DNA of 49,194 nucleotides, from contig CAZVVM010000001.1 of NCBI GenBank assembly GCA_964630635.1, forward strand, positions 1,053-50,246, written 5' to 3'. The stretch comes from an uncultured Ruminococcus sp. GTDB taxonomy: Bacteria; Bacillota; Clostridia; Oscillospirales; CAG-272. The number at the start of each line of letters is the position of its first letter. The first letter of the stretch is position 1. Shown piece after piece: positions 29,524-40,800 of the stretch. A program made the translations under genes and the position numbers. The notes under the pieces were generated by a model. That model had not been told where the DNA came from. It was given only the letters and a program-made list of their open reading frames with translations, and made no database searches.

Positions 29524-30642
29524 ATGAATTTCACACTTGACCTAAAAAGCTTTCGCGCAGACGAAAGAATGGCGCTTTCTCTTCGTTCGATATATGAAAG
29601 CTACGGATACCGTCCTTACAAAATGAGTAAGTTCGAGGAATACGAGCTTTATTCATCAAATATTGATTTTCTCGGTGACGGCGGCGTTCTTACCTTTACC
29701 GACGTAAACGGTAAGCTGATGGCACTCAAGCCCGACGTGACGCTTTCGATAGTAAAGAATTCCAAAGGGAATAGCGGTACGCAGAAGGTTCATTACCGTG
29801 AGAACGTGTACCGCAGAAATGCACGCGGCGGGTCCTTCAAGGAAATGCTCCAGAGCGGAATTGAATGTATCGGAAATATAGGTTCTGTTGAAACCGTCGA
29901 GGTGCTTCTACTTGCGCTCAAGAGTCTTTCAGCAACCGAATGCTCATACCGTCTTGATATTTCGCATATCGGTGTGCTTTCGTCTCTGATCGGAAACGAA
30001 ATACCGAACGAGATCAAGGACGAGCTGTTCACTTGTATCAAGAGAAAGAACGCAGGCGGCATCGTTGAAGTCGCTGCTGCAAATTCACTCAATACCGACC
30101 GATTTGAGGCGCTTGCTTATGCCGTATCGCTTAACGGCAGCGCTCTTGACGTTATTGCATCGCTCAAAAACATCTCCTATTTATCCGACTGTGAAGCTCT
30201 TAACGAGCTTAACGAGATCGTTACGACACTTAATTCACTCGGATATAAGGACAATATCGGCATCGACCTTTCAGTCGTAAACGATATGAACTATTATCGC
30301 TCGCTTATTTTCCGCGGGTATATCGACTGTATTCCCGAAGGAATTCTTTTCGGCGGCAGATACGACGATCTCGTTAAGAAGATGGGACGCGACTGCGGAG
30401 CTCTCGGGTTTGCGGTTGCCCTTGACCGACTTCAGGATCTGACAAAGGTAAATTTCGGTGACGGTAACGTCCTGCTCGTTTATTCGTCCTGCGTCTCTGC
30501 AAGCGAAGTAATGACTGCGGCAGACAATCTCCGCTCAAGCGGTTATTCGGTCGAAATAACGTCCGACAGAGATAAGGCAAGCGAATTTACAAAAGTATTC
30601 TACATCACGCAGAACGGCGTAACGGAGGACAAAAATGCTTAA
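29524..30642 (+). CDS. hisZ: ATP phosphoribosyltransferase regulatory subunit
   Basis: 372 aa, a HisRS-paralog-like protein (ALKPDVTLSIVKN, IECIG, YYRSLIFRGY) placed immediately upstream of a short-form hisG. Confidence 0.9.
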   Translation: MNFTLDLKSFRADERMALSLRSIYESYGYRPYKMSKFEEYELYSSNIDFLGDGGVLTFTDVNGKLMALKPDVTLSIVKNSKGNSGTQKVHYRENVYRRNARGGSFKEMLQSGIECIGNIGSVETVEVLLLALKSLSATECSYRLDISHIGVLSSLIGNEIPNEIKDELFTCIKRKNAGGIVEVAAANSLNTDRFEALAYAVSLNGSALDVIASLKNISYLSDCEALNELNEIVTTLNSLGYKDNIGIDLSVVNDMNYYRSLIFRGYIDCIPEGILFGGRYDDLVKKMGRDCGALGFAVALDRLQDLTKVNFGDGNVLLVYSSCVSASEVMTAADNLRSSGYSVEITSDRDKASEFTKVFYITQNGVTEDKNA

Positions 30643-31264
30643 TATTGCTCTCCCAAAGGGACGGCTCGGAGAAAAAGTATATAAGATATTCGAGGAAGCG
30701 GGATACGAATGTCCGTCTGTCCTTTCAAACAGCCGTAAGCTGATCTTCGAAAACGAAAAGATGGGCGTTCGGTATTTCTGGGTGAAGCCGTCAGACGTTG
30801 CTATTTACGTTGAACGGGGCGCGGCTGATATCGGTGTCGCTGGCAAGGATATTATTGAAGAATATTCGCCTGAAGTATACGAGCTTCTCGATCTTAATAT
30901 GGGCAAATGCCGTATGGCAGTCGCGGCTCCAAAGGGATTTAATGATGATCCAAACAGAACGCTTCGTGCCGCAACGAAATTCAAGAATATTGCATCGAAA
31001 TATTACGCCTCACAATCGCGTGACATCGACATAATTGAGCTTAACGGCTCGATAGAGATCGCACCGATCCTAGGTCTATCCGACGTGATCGTCGATATAG
31101 TTGAGACGGGTACGACGCTTAAAGAAAACGATCTTGAGGTAATAACCGAGATCATGCGAATCAGCGCGCGTCTTATCTCAAACAAGACCTCGTTCAGATT
31201 TAAGAACGCGGAAATTACAGCACTTAAGGATGCAGTTGCAGCAGTCATTTCGGCAAAGGAGTAA
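30635..31264 (+). CDS. hisG: ATP phosphoribosyltransferase, short form
   Basis: 209 aa starting MLNIALPKGRL, with the DIVETGTTLKEN PRPP-binding block. It overlaps hisZ by 8 nt. Confidence 0.93.
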   Translation: MLNIALPKGRLGEKVYKIFEEAGYECPSVLSNSRKLIFENEKMGVRYFWVKPSDVAIYVERGAADIGVAGKDIIEEYSPEVYELLDLNMGKCRMAVAAPKGFNDDPNRTLRAATKFKNIASKYYASQSRDIDIIELNGSIEIAPILGLSDVIVDIVETGTTLKENDLEVITEIMRISARLISNKTSFRFKNAEITALKDAVAAVISAKE

Positions 31265-31267
31265 AGA

Positions 31268-32542
31268 ATGATAAAGATATTGAAACAAGACACCTTAAAG
31301 CGTGATGACGCATTCTCATCGAGTGCTCCTGCTAACGTCACTGACATTGTATCGGGAATTATTGCCGACGTAGCTGCGCGCGGAGACGAAGCGCTTTTTG
31401 AATACTGTGAGAAGTTTGATAAATGTAAGCTTTCGTCTCTCATCGTAACAAAAGAAGAGATCGAAAACGCATTCGAGCTTGTCGAGCCGGAGTTTATTGA
31501 GATACTTAAGGAAGCGGCAGAGAATATTCGCGTTTTCCATAAGAGACAGGTCAAAGAGGGCTTTATTCAGACGAACGAAAACGGTTCAGTCGTCGGACAA
31601 AGAGTAATACCTCTTGAAAAGGTCGGTCTCTACGTTCCCGGCGGTACGGCTGCATATCCGTCGACAGTTCTTATGGACGCAATTCCTGCAAAGGTGGCGG
31701 GCTGTAAGGAAATTGTAATCGTTACGCCGCCCGATAAAGAGGGAAAAGTCAACCCCGCAATTTTGGCGGCTGCCTATATAGCAGGCGTTGATAAAATATT
31801 CAAGGTTGGCGGTGCGCAGGCGGTCGCAGCTCTTGCTTACGGAACGGAGACGGTTCCGAGAGTTGATAAGATAGCCGGCCCCGGCAATATGTACGTTGCC
31901 GAAGCGAAGCGTCAGGTCTACGGTCGCGTCGACATTGATATGATCGCGGGCCCTTCTGAAATACTTATAGTTGCCGACGGAAAGAGCGACGCGAGAATTA
32001 TCGCCGCAGACCTTCTTTCCCAGGCAGAGCACGATAAGAACGCCTCTGCCGTACTTGTTACCGACAGCGAAGATCTTGCAAAGGAAGTTTCAAACGAGCT
32101 TGAAAGACAGATCGCTCTTCTTCCTCGTTCCGAGATCGCAAGAGCGTCTATCGACAATAACGGTCTGATAATCGTAACGTCAAATATTGACGTTGCCATC
32201 GAAATAGCAGACGAAATTGCTCCCGAGCACCTTGAGCTTTCGGTCGACGAGCCGTTCTCCTATCTCGGCAGGGTCAAAAACGCGGGTTCTGTCTTCCTTG
32301 GAAGATACTGCCCCGAAGCACTCGGTGACTATTTCGCAGGACCTAACCACACGCTTCCGACAAGTGGTACGGCACGCTTTTCAAGCCCGCTTTCGGTTGA
32401 TGATTTCGTGAAGAAATCGCAGTATATTTACTACACGAAGGACGCTCTTAACGCAGTCTATAAAAAGGTTGCGGCGTTTGCCGAAAAGGAAGGACTTTCG
32501 GCGCACGCAAAAAGTGCAAGAGCAAGATTCGAAAAATTTTAA
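31268..32542 (+). CDS. hisD: histidinol dehydrogenase
   Basis: 424 aa with the blocks IAGPGNMYVAEAKRQV, GPSEILIVAD, QAEHD and PEHLEL. Confidence 0.95.
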   Translation: MIKILKQDTLKRDDAFSSSAPANVTDIVSGIIADVAARGDEALFEYCEKFDKCKLSSLIVTKEEIENAFELVEPEFIEILKEAAENIRVFHKRQVKEGFIQTNENGSVVGQRVIPLEKVGLYVPGGTAAYPSTVLMDAIPAKVAGCKEIVIVTPPDKEGKVNPAILAAAYIAGVDKIFKVGGAQAVAALAYGTETVPRVDKIAGPGNMYVAEAKRQVYGRVDIDMIAGPSEILIVADGKSDARIIAADLLSQAEHDKNASAVLVTDSEDLAKEVSNELERQIALLPRSEIARASIDNNGLIIVTSNIDVAIEIADEIAPEHLELSVDEPFSYLGRVKNAGSVFLGRYCPEALGDYFAGPNHTLPTSGTARFSSPLSVDDFVKKSQYIYYTKDALNAVYKKVAAFAEKEGLSAHAKSARARFEKF

Positions 32543-32554
32543 GTGAGATTAACG

Positions 32555-33619
32555 ATGAGCCGTTTTTTGGATAAAAAATACGCTTCCCTTGAAGCGTATG
32601 TTCCCGGCGAACAGCCGCAGGACAGAAAATATATAAAGCTGAATACGAACGAGTCGCCGTATCCGCCGTCACCCGAGGTTATCGCCTCGGTATGTGAAAG
32701 TGATATTGCCGATCTGCGTCTATATTCCGACCCCGAATGCCGTATTCTTCGTCAGAAGCTTGCAGACCGCTACGGTGTCGGTTACGACAATATTTATCTG
32801 TCAAACGGTTCTGACGATATTTTGAACTTTGCCTTTATGGCATACTGCTCCGACGGGAAAAAGGTCGCATTTGCCGATATAACGTACGGATTTTATCAGG
32901 TTTTTGCCGATCTGTACCATTCGGACGCAAGCATTATCCCTCTTGAGAGCGATTTTTCAATCGACGTCGAGAAGTACTGCGGTATAAACTCGACCGTCGT
33001 TATAGCGAATCCCAACGCTCCTACGGGGCTTACGCTTTCCGTTAATGATATAGAGAGAATACTGAAAACCAACCCCGATAATGTCGTAGTGATCGACGAG
33101 GCGTACGTTGATTTCGGCGCGGAAAGCTGCTTGCCGCTCATCAATGAGTACGATAATCTTCTGATCGTGAGGACCTTTTCAAAGTCACGTGCGCTTGCAG
33201 GTGCGCGTCTCGGATTTGCTATCGCATCAAAGGCGATCATCGACGATCTGAACAGAATAAAGTTTTCAACTAACCCCTATAACGTAAACCGACTTACATT
33301 AAAGGTCGGCGCTGCGGCTATAGATTCTGACGACTATTTTACGAATAACTGCCAGAGAATTGCAAGAACGAGAATGAAAACGACAAACGAGCTGATAGCT
33401 CTCGGCTTCGAAGTTATCCCGAGTAAAGCGAATTTCATATTCGCTAAATATCCGTCTATCAGCGGGCGTGATCTCTATTCAAAGCTCAAGGAAAAAGGAA
33501 TACTTATCCGACATTTCAACAAGGAACGTATTTCGGATTATATCAGAATAACGATCGGCTCCGAAGAGGAAATGGATGCGTTTGTAACCGCTATAAAGGA
33601 AATAACGGCAGGTGAATAA
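32555..33619 (+). CDS. hisC: histidinol-phosphate aminotransferase
   Basis: A class-II aminotransferase with LNTNESPYPPSP and the PLP lysine region RTFSKSRALAGARLG. The ATG at 32555 is preferred, and the track's GTG at 32543 is the alternative. Confidence 0.9.
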   Translation: MSRFLDKKYASLEAYVPGEQPQDRKYIKLNTNESPYPPSPEVIASVCESDIADLRLYSDPECRILRQKLADRYGVGYDNIYLSNGSDDILNFAFMAYCSDGKKVAFADITYGFYQVFADLYHSDASIIPLESDFSIDVEKYCGINSTVVIANPNAPTGLTLSVNDIERILKTNPDNVVVIDEAYVDFGAESCLPLINEYDNLLIVRTFSKSRALAGARLGFAIASKAIIDDLNRIKFSTNPYNVNRLTLKVGAAAIDSDDYFTNNCQRIARTRMKTTNELIALGFEVIPSKANFIFAKYPSISGRDLYSKLKEKGILIRHFNKERISDYIRITIGSEEEMDAFVTAIKEITAGE

Positions 33620-33620
33620 A

Positions 33621-34208
33621 ATGAGAAACTACGAAATAAAAAGAACAACGAAGGAAACCGATATATATCTTAAAATTGAGCTTGACGGCAAGGGAATGGG
33701 CGAAATCGAAACTGGTTGCGGTTTTCTTGACCATATGCTGACGCTGTTTGCTTCACACGGCAGTTTTGATCTGACGGTAAAATGCAAGGGCGACACGCAG
33801 GTTGACGATCACCACACAGTTGAAGATATCGGAATCTGCCTCGGAAAGGCAATTTCGGAAGCGCTCGGAGATTGCCGCGGAATTACCCGATACGGGTATT
33901 TTATTCTTCCGATGGACGAATCGCTCGTGCTTACCGCGCTTGATATTTCGGGCAGAAGCACGCTCGTATTTGACTGCGATTTTCCGACGGAAAAGATCGG
34001 TACATTCGATACCGAGCTTGTAAAGGAATTTTTTGCCGCTCTTGTCAGAAACGCAAATTTGACGCTCCACGTCAAGAAAATGGCAGGAGATAATTCTCAC
34101 CACATAGCGGAAGCGGTATTCAAATCGTTTGCGCGCTCCCTCAAGTGTGCTGTCAAGGTTGACGACGCGCGTAAGGACGAGATCCCCTCGACGAAAGGCA
34201 CTCTATGA
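33621..34208 (+). CDS. hisB: imidazoleglycerol-phosphate dehydratase
   Basis: The N-terminus MRNYEIKRTTKETDI, with HHTVEDIGI and SHHIAEAVFKSFAR, are IGPD signatures. The ATG at 33621 (AGGTGA RBS) is preferred over the GTG at 33612. Confidence 0.93.
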   Translation: MRNYEIKRTTKETDIYLKIELDGKGMGEIETGCGFLDHMLTLFASHGSFDLTVKCKGDTQVDDHHTVEDIGICLGKAISEALGDCRGITRYGYFILPMDESLVLTALDISGRSTLVFDCDFPTEKIGTFDTELVKEFFAALVRNANLTLHVKKMAGDNSHHIAEAVFKSFARSLKCAVKVDDARKDEIPSTKGTL

Positions 34209-34810
34209 TAGCAATAATTGACTACGGCGTAGGTAATCTTTTCTCGCTTCACCGTTCCTTTTTGAAGATCGGCGCTGACACAGTAGTGACCGGAGATCCG
34301 TCGGTCATCAAAAACGCCGAGAGAGTTATTCTTCCGGGTGTCGGCGCTTACGGAGAAGCGGCTGAAAAGATAAAGAACACGGGGCTTGATGAGGTGGTAC
34401 GCGAGGTAGTGTCCGACGGCAAGCCGCTGCTTGGTATATGCCTCGGTATGCAGCTTCTGTTCGAATACGGAACCGAGTTCGGACGTAACGAAGGTCTCGG
34501 TCTGCTCAAGGGTCACGTTAAAACGATGCGTGACGAGATCGGAAGTGAGCTTAAGCTTCCGCAGATCGGCTGGAACGCGCTCGATATTAAGAAGCAGAAT
34601 AAGCTTTTTAAGTATATAAATAATGGCGATCACGTTTATTTCGTCCACTCATACCACGCAGTTGACTGTAGCGATTCGCTTATCGCAACGACAGAATACG
34701 GTGCAGAGATAACGGCGGCAGTCGCGCATGATAACGTGTACGGATGTCAGTTCCATCCCGAAAAAAGCGGTGACGTTGGACTTAAAATACTCAAAGGATT
34801 TCTTGACTGA
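34205..34810 (+). CDS. hisH: imidazole glycerol phosphate synthase, glutaminase subunit
   Basis: 201 aa with IAIIDYGVGNL, a GICLGMQLL nucleophile elbow and FHPEKS. There is an ATGA overlap with hisB. Confidence 0.95.
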   Translation: MIAIIDYGVGNLFSLHRSFLKIGADTVVTGDPSVIKNAERVILPGVGAYGEAAEKIKNTGLDEVVREVVSDGKPLLGICLGMQLLFEYGTEFGRNEGLGLLKGHVKTMRDEIGSELKLPQIGWNALDIKKQNKLFKYINNGDHVYFVHSYHAVDCSDSLIATTEYGAEITAAVAHDNVYGCQFHPEKSGDVGLKILKGFLD

Positions 34811-35523
34811 TGAAAATTTTTCCTGCAATAGATCTATATGACGGCAAGGTCGTTCGCCTTTATAAGGGCAAATACGACGAAATGACCGTATATTCCGATG
34901 ATCCGCTTGATATAGCGAAAAAGTTTGAAGCGGCAGGCGCGGAGTATATACATATCGTTGACCTCGATGGCGCAAAGGACGGTCTCGTTCACGCTTACGA
35001 TACCGTTAAAAGCATTATCGAGAACACCTCTCTTAAGGTTGAGATCGGCGGCGGAATACGCAGTGAAGAAACTGTAAAGAAATACGTTGATCTCGGTGTT
35101 GATAAGGTTATTCTCGGAACGATCGCCGTTACAAACGAGGAATTCCTTTCTGAAATGGCTTATAGATATAAGGACAAAATTGCAGTCGGCGTCGACATCA
35201 AGGACGGATACGTTGCGATAAAGGGCTGGACAGAAAAGTCGCAAATTACGGCTGACGAAATGTTCGAAACGCTCATGGTACACTCAATTTCCCGTGTTAT
35301 CTGCACAGATATCAGCCGCGACGGCGCGATGAAGGGAACAAACAGAGAGCTTTATAAGTATCTGACCGAAAACTATAAGATGAATATAATCGCTTCGGGC
35401 GGTGTCTCAACTCTTGACGATATTACCGCGCTAAACGGAATAGGTATGTTTGGCGCGATAATCGGGAAGGCGTACTATACGGGTGCCATTGACTTGAGCG
35501 AAGCGATAAGGGTATCAAAATGA
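34810..35523 (+). CDS. hisA: 1-(5-phosphoribosyl)-5-[(5-phosphoribosylamino)methylideneamino]imidazole-4-carboxamide isomerase
   Basis: 237 aa with IFPAIDLYDGKVVRL, VDLDGA and IASGGVS. Confidence 0.95.
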   Translation: MKIFPAIDLYDGKVVRLYKGKYDEMTVYSDDPLDIAKKFEAAGAEYIHIVDLDGAKDGLVHAYDTVKSIIENTSLKVEIGGGIRSEETVKKYVDLGVDKVILGTIAVTNEEFLSEMAYRYKDKIAVGVDIKDGYVAIKGWTEKSQITADEMFETLMVHSISRVICTDISRDGAMKGTNRELYKYLTENYKMNIIASGGVSTLDDITALNGIGMFGAIIGKAYYTGAIDLSEAIRVSK

Positions 35524-36278
35524 TAACTAAAAGAATTATTCCGTGCCTCGACGTTAAAAACGGGCGCGTGGTAAAGGGAGTCAACTTTGAGGGACTTAAC
35601 GATGTGTCCTCACCCGTGACTCTTGCTGAATATTACAGCCAAGCAGGTGCTGACGAGCTTGTATTTTATGACATAACCGCTTCGTCGGATGGACGCGCAC
35701 TTTTTACCGATATATTAAAGGAGACTGCTAAAAACGTCTTTATTCCGTTTACTGTCGGCGGCGGTATCAACACCCTGAACGACTTTGAACGGGTGCTCTC
35801 CTGCGGCGCTGATAAGGTCAGCGTCAATTCAGGCGCTATAAGAAACCCCGATATTATATATCAGGGTGCGAAAAGATACGGAAGCCAGTGCGTGGTACTG
35901 TCCTGTGACATCAAACGCGTCGGAAATGAATTCCGTGTTTTTGCAAAAGGTGGCAGGGAAGATACGGGCATGGAAGCTATGTCCTGGATAAAGCGCTGTA
36001 TAGACAACGGCGCGGGCGAGATCGTCGTAAATTCGATAGATACCGACGGCGTGAAACGCGGCTTTGATATAGAGATGCTGAAGGCAGTGTGTGACTTTGC
36101 AACCGTTCCCGTTATTGCATCGGGCGGAGCGGGTTCCGCACAGGATTTCGTAACGCTCTTTAAAGAAATACCCGAAATTGATGCGGGGCTTGCTGCGTCG
36201 ATATTCCACTTCGGTGAGGTCGAGATCTCTGACCTTAAAGAACTGCTGAAAAATAATGATATAAATGTGAGGATTTAA
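35520..36278 (+). CDS. hisF: imidazole glycerol phosphate synthase, cyclase subunit
   Basis: 252 aa with [30 protein letters not shown] and IASGGAG. Confidence 0.95.
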   Translation: MITKRIIPCLDVKNGRVVKGVNFEGLNDVSSPVTLAEYYSQAGADELVFYDITASSDGRALFTDILKETAKNVFIPFTVGGGINTLNDFERVLSCGADKVSVNSGAIRNPDIIYQGAKRYGSQCVVLSCDIKRVGNEFRVFAKGGREDTGMEAMSWIKRCIDNGAGEIVVNSIDTDGVKRGFDIEMLKAVCDFATVPVIASGGAGSAQDFVTLFKEIPEIDAGLAASIFHFGEVEISDLKELLKNNDINVRI

Positions 36279-36280
36279 CC

Positions 36281-36928
36281 GTGGTTAAGATAGAAGAACT
36301 TAAATTTGACGAAAAGGGATTGATTCCCGCAATAGTAGTTGACGAAGGAACGGGCAAGGTATTGACGCTTGCATATATGAACAGAGAAAGTCTTGAAATT
36401 TCGCTTGAAAAGAAGCTTACCTGCTTTTACAGCCGCAGCCGTCAAGAGCTTTGGCTCAAAGGTGAAACGAGCGGAAATTATCAGCATATCGTCGATATTA
36501 AGGCAGACTGCGACAAGGACGCGCTTGTCGTGACCGTTCGTAAGGACGGCCCCGCTTGCCACCTCGGAACCGACTCCTGCTTCAACGATTCGCTTATTGA
36601 GGATGCCCCCGAGGCATTCTCCCTTAATTCCTTGATGGAGCTTATCAAGGGCAGAAAGCTCGAGAAGAAAGAGGGCTCGTACACGACATATCTTTTTGAA
36701 AAGGGAATTGACAAGATCCTCAAAAAGGTAGGCGAGGAATGCACCGAGGTTATAATCGCGGGCAAGGCAGACGATAAAAAGGAAACTATCTACGAGATAG
36801 CAGATCTTACATACCACGTTATGGTTCTTATGATCGAAATGGGTATTTCTCTTGACGATATACATAACGAACTTGCGTCGCGCCACGTTATCGACAAAAA
36901 AGTAAAGCAGGAGAAGATGACAAACTGA
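36281..36928 (+). CDS. hisIE: bifunctional phosphoribosyl-AMP cyclohydrolase / phosphoribosyl-ATP pyrophosphatase
   Basis: 215 aa. The HisI part carries GLIPAIVVD and [16 protein letters not shown]. The HisE part carries [14 protein letters not shown] and [10 protein letters not shown]. The start codon is GTG, with a TGAGGA RBS. Confidence 0.93.
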   Translation: MVKIEELKFDEKGLIPAIVVDEGTGKVLTLAYMNRESLEISLEKKLTCFYSRSRQELWLKGETSGNYQHIVDIKADCDKDALVVTVRKDGPACHLGTDSCFNDSLIEDAPEAFSLNSLMELIKGRKLEKKEGSYTTYLFEKGIDKILKKVGEECTEVIIAGKADDKKETIYEIADLTYHVMVLMIEMGISLDDIHNELASRHVIDKKVKQEKMTN

Positions 36929-37734
36929 TGCTATGCGATTATCACGTCCACTCAACCTATTGTGACGGAAAAAGCGCTCTGCGCGAGAATATTGAATCGG
37001 CTATTGGACTGTCAATGGATATAATCGGTTTTTCAGGACATTCCCACACGAAAAACTCCGTGTACGCTATGACAGAGCAGGGGACGAAGGAATATATCCG
37101 CGAGATTTCCGCTCTGAAAAATGAATACGCTGACAAGATAACCGTTCTTTGCGGACTTGAAAAGGATTATTACAGCAACGACGACGAGTCAGCTTTCGAT
37201 TACGTTATCGGATCGCTTCATTATGTGACCGACGGTGAGAAGCTATACGACGTTGACCATACTCCCGCGATAACGAAAGGCATAATCGACGACCTCTACG
37301 CCGGTGACGAAATGAGCTATTGCGAGGCGTATTATTCTACGCTCGGGAAGCTGTTTGATAACGTAAAGGCGGATATAATCGGACACTTCGACCTTATAAG
37401 TAAATTCGCCGAAAAGGGAATTTGCTTTGATACAAAATCTCCTCGCTATGTCAAAGCTTGCACCGACGCTCTTGACGCCTTGCTTCCTCATAACGTTCCG
37501 TTTGAGATCAACACGGGCGCTATGTCGCGCGGATACAGAAGCGTTCCGTATCCGTCTCCCGAGATACTTAAATACATAAGAGAAAAGGGCGGCAGCATTA
37601 TCCTCAATTCCGACAGTCACGACGCAAAGAACCTATGCTTCGGCTTTGATGCTGCAAGGGCGCTTGCGCGCGAATGCGGCTTTGAATCGAGGATCGTCAT
37701 AACTCAAAAAGGAAAAACGGAAACAGATCTTTAA
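36928..37734 (+). CDS. hisJ: histidinol-phosphatase, PHP family (HisJ/HisK type)
   Basis: 268 aa with DYHVHSTYCDG, FSGHSH and NSDSHD metal-binding PHP motifs. It is the last gene of the his operon (TGATG overlap). Confidence 0.85.
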   Translation: MLCDYHVHSTYCDGKSALRENIESAIGLSMDIIGFSGHSHTKNSVYAMTEQGTKEYIREISALKNEYADKITVLCGLEKDYYSNDDESAFDYVIGSLHYVTDGEKLYDVDHTPAITKGIIDDLYAGDEMSYCEAYYSTLGKLFDNVKADIIGHFDLISKFAEKGICFDTKSPRYVKACTDALDALLPHNVPFEINTGAMSRGYRSVPYPSPEILKYIREKGGSIILNSDSHDAKNLCFGFDAARALARECGFESRIVITQKGKTETDL

Positions 37735-37765
37735 AAGCTCGGGCAACCGAGCTTTTGTTGTTTTC
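37733..37765 (+). terminator. Rho-independent terminator of the his operon
   Basis: AAAAGCTCGG-gcaa-CCGAGCTTTT followed by a GTTGTTTT run. Confidence 0.75.
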
Positions 37766-37837
37766 AACAGAAAACGTCTCCTTGTTTTGTTGAAGGTGAC
37801 GATTTTTTCATCTGCGGGGATATTAACATCTTAACTC

Positions 37838-37867
37838 TTGACTTTTTTCGACACCATATAATAAAAT
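37838..37867 (+). promoter_or_regulatory. possible sigma-A promoter of the large surface-protein gene
   Basis: TTGACT (37838-37843), 18 nt spacer, TAAAAT (37862-37867). Confidence 0.4.
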
Positions 37868-37898
37868 ATATATAACTATAATTATTTGCGAGGTTTGT

Positions 37899-40800
37899 AT
37901 GTCAACACGCGGAAATGAAAAGAGCGTATTCAGCAGATTAGTATCTGTCATACTCGTGTTCAGTATGCTCATCTGTTCGTTGCCACTATATATAAATTCA
38001 GTTTCAAGCGACGAGGAGTACGATCTTCCTTGGCTCTGGCCTGTTCCGGGCAGCTACGTTATAACGGGACTTGATTACTATTACAGCGGAAATCCGCATG
38101 GCAAAGGTCAAGCTGTCGACATAGGTAATAACGGCTATTCTGACAGTACGCGTCTTGACGTCATATCTGCAACGAGCGGCGAGGTTCTGTATATTCAGAA
38201 TTCCTATGATGAAACGACTAACCGCGGCTCGGGCTGGGGTAACTACGTAATTGTCAAGAGCGGAAACGTTTGTATCATATACGCTCACTTGCAAAAAGTA
38301 ACCTGTAAATACGGTAAGATCAATGCAGGTGACGTGATCGGAAAGATGGGTAATACGGGAAATTCAACGGGTGTACATCTTCACATTCAGGCATATCCCT
38401 ACGACCAGAATTCAACAAGCACGGATATACATATCTTCGATAAATACATACATAACCCGCTTTACGTTCCGCATTTCCGTTTCAGAAGCGGTGTAATCGA
38501 CCACAGCGTCCGCTACGGGGAGCACCTTTCGGCTTATTATACGTCCGTCAGCGGTACCGAATACGTATTCTCGGGCGGATATCTCGGTGACTACGGAGAG
38601 ATGGTTCTCGGTGCTACCGTGAAGAGTGTAAGAACGAACGGTGCGCGTATTTACAGTCAGCCGATAACCTCGTCAACGCAGGAGGAAACCGTCGCGTTTG
38701 GCAAGGAAATAACAGTATACGGCTATTATACCGACGCATACGGTAAGCTTTGGTATCTGGTATCGAAGGATTCGCTTGATAAATGGATACCCGAAAGTGA
38801 CGTCGGCTTCTCATCGTATACGTTTGGAGCGCAGTACGAGGACAAGTCCTCTCCGAACGGTACGTACGGCACGTTTTTCGATATCTATTTCTCAGGAACG
38901 GTATCCGTATCCAACGTGATCAAATCGGTTAAGGCCGAGATCAGAAATGACAGCGGAGTTGTTGCAACGTACGAGACTGATGTAAATGCAAACAAATTTG
39001 AGATCAATAACGTTTTCTCCGAGGGGTTTGGCATTGACGGACTTGTAGACGGTGAATATACCTACGAGATCTTCGTTACCGAAAGAGCTTATTTCCCGGG
39101 TGCCGACGCAGCAAGCAAAACGTATTCGGTATATACGTCTGAATTTGTAATTGATAAATCTGCCTCTGACGATATCCCGCCGCTCGTTGAGGAGATCAAA
39201 ATACTCTCAATGACGAGTAGCGCAATAACGCTTACCGTTAATGCAACCGATAACAAGATGATTCAGCGTTTATCGTTCATTTTCAAAAATGACAATGGAT
39301 TTGAAGCAAGCTTTGACGCAGTTCCGAACGAAAACGTGTTCGCGGCGGAGATTCCGCTCACGTCTCTTGACGGAGCGGGAAACTATACAGTTACGGCTAA
39401 AGCTTTTGACCCGTATATGAATACCGATGAATCAGCGACAGTTATCACTGTTCCGTCGAGCAGCGGCAGTGAAATATGGAAGGTACAGGTATCATCAAGC
39501 TTAACCGTCCGCAAGGGACCGAGTACAAGCTACGGCAAGGTTACCAGTTTGAGTAACAATGCTCGTATAACCGTAAAAGAAGTAGTATATAATTCCTCCG
39601 ATAAGAGATATTGGGCGTATATAGGAAGCGGCTGGGTAGCGCTGAATTATGCGGTATATCAGAGCGGATATCTCTATAACGTGACGTTCAATCTGCTCGG
39701 CGGTACTGCCGATTACACGGTGCTCAATAAAGCGTTTAATCAGGACGCGACCATTCCCGAAACCAAGCCGACCCGCGAAGGATACACGTTCCTCGGCTGG
39801 AGCTCCGATCCCACCGTGACAGCCCCCGAATACCAGCCGGGTGATATCTATTCAAAGAACGAATCAACGGTTCTCTATGCTATTTGGGAGGATAAGGTTG
39901 CGCCGTCCATAACAGGCGTCACTCTCTCCGACAAGGGCTACGTTTCGGACAGCGTAACGCTTAACGTAAACGCAACCGATAACAGCGGAACGGTGTATTA
40001 CTCCTTTGACGGCGGTATCAGTTACCGACGTGCAAGTACTGTTCTGATAACCGAAAATCAGACGATTCCCGCTAAAACGATAACGGTTAAGGATCCTTCG
40101 GGAAACGTTACGACATACGATATTGAAACAGTCATATCAAATATTGACAGCGTTCCGCCATCTTTTGACGATACGACGCTTGACGTTTCCGTAAGCGGAG
40201 AAAACGTGACCTTTACGTTCGGAGAAGCGACTGACGCTATGAGCGGTATTGATAAATATACACTCGTATACTCCGTTAATTCCGATTATTCCGGCTCTGT
40301 CAGTGAAGAAGCAAAATCGGGACACACGGTCACTCTCGGCGACGGCGTCTACTACGCGAAGCTCGTTGTAACCGATAAGGTCGGTAACAAGACGGAGGCG
40401 GAGTTTGACAGATTCCTGATTGGCGATCCCGTCAAGCTCTCTACGCCTGAAAACTTCATACTTAAAAGCTCTTCAAGCGAGATGGTGGTTTTCGAGTGGA
40501 AAGCAGTAAATAATGCGGATTATTATATTCTGACACTATCCGAAAGCGCCGATTTCAGTAATAGCTTCAATGAAGAAACGACCGACAACTCTATCTGCCT
40601 TGATTCGCTTGAAAACGGAAAGATATACTATGCAAAGCTTACGGCGACGACTTACGACGGGCTTTATATTACCTCTGATCCGACCGATAGCATAAGATTC
40701 GAAACAGTCAGCTCTGATAATTCTCTCTATTCATTCGTGAATATTGACGCGGTTATTGACGGCGGCAGCTCCTTTGCAAAGCTTCCGTATTCTGCTTCGA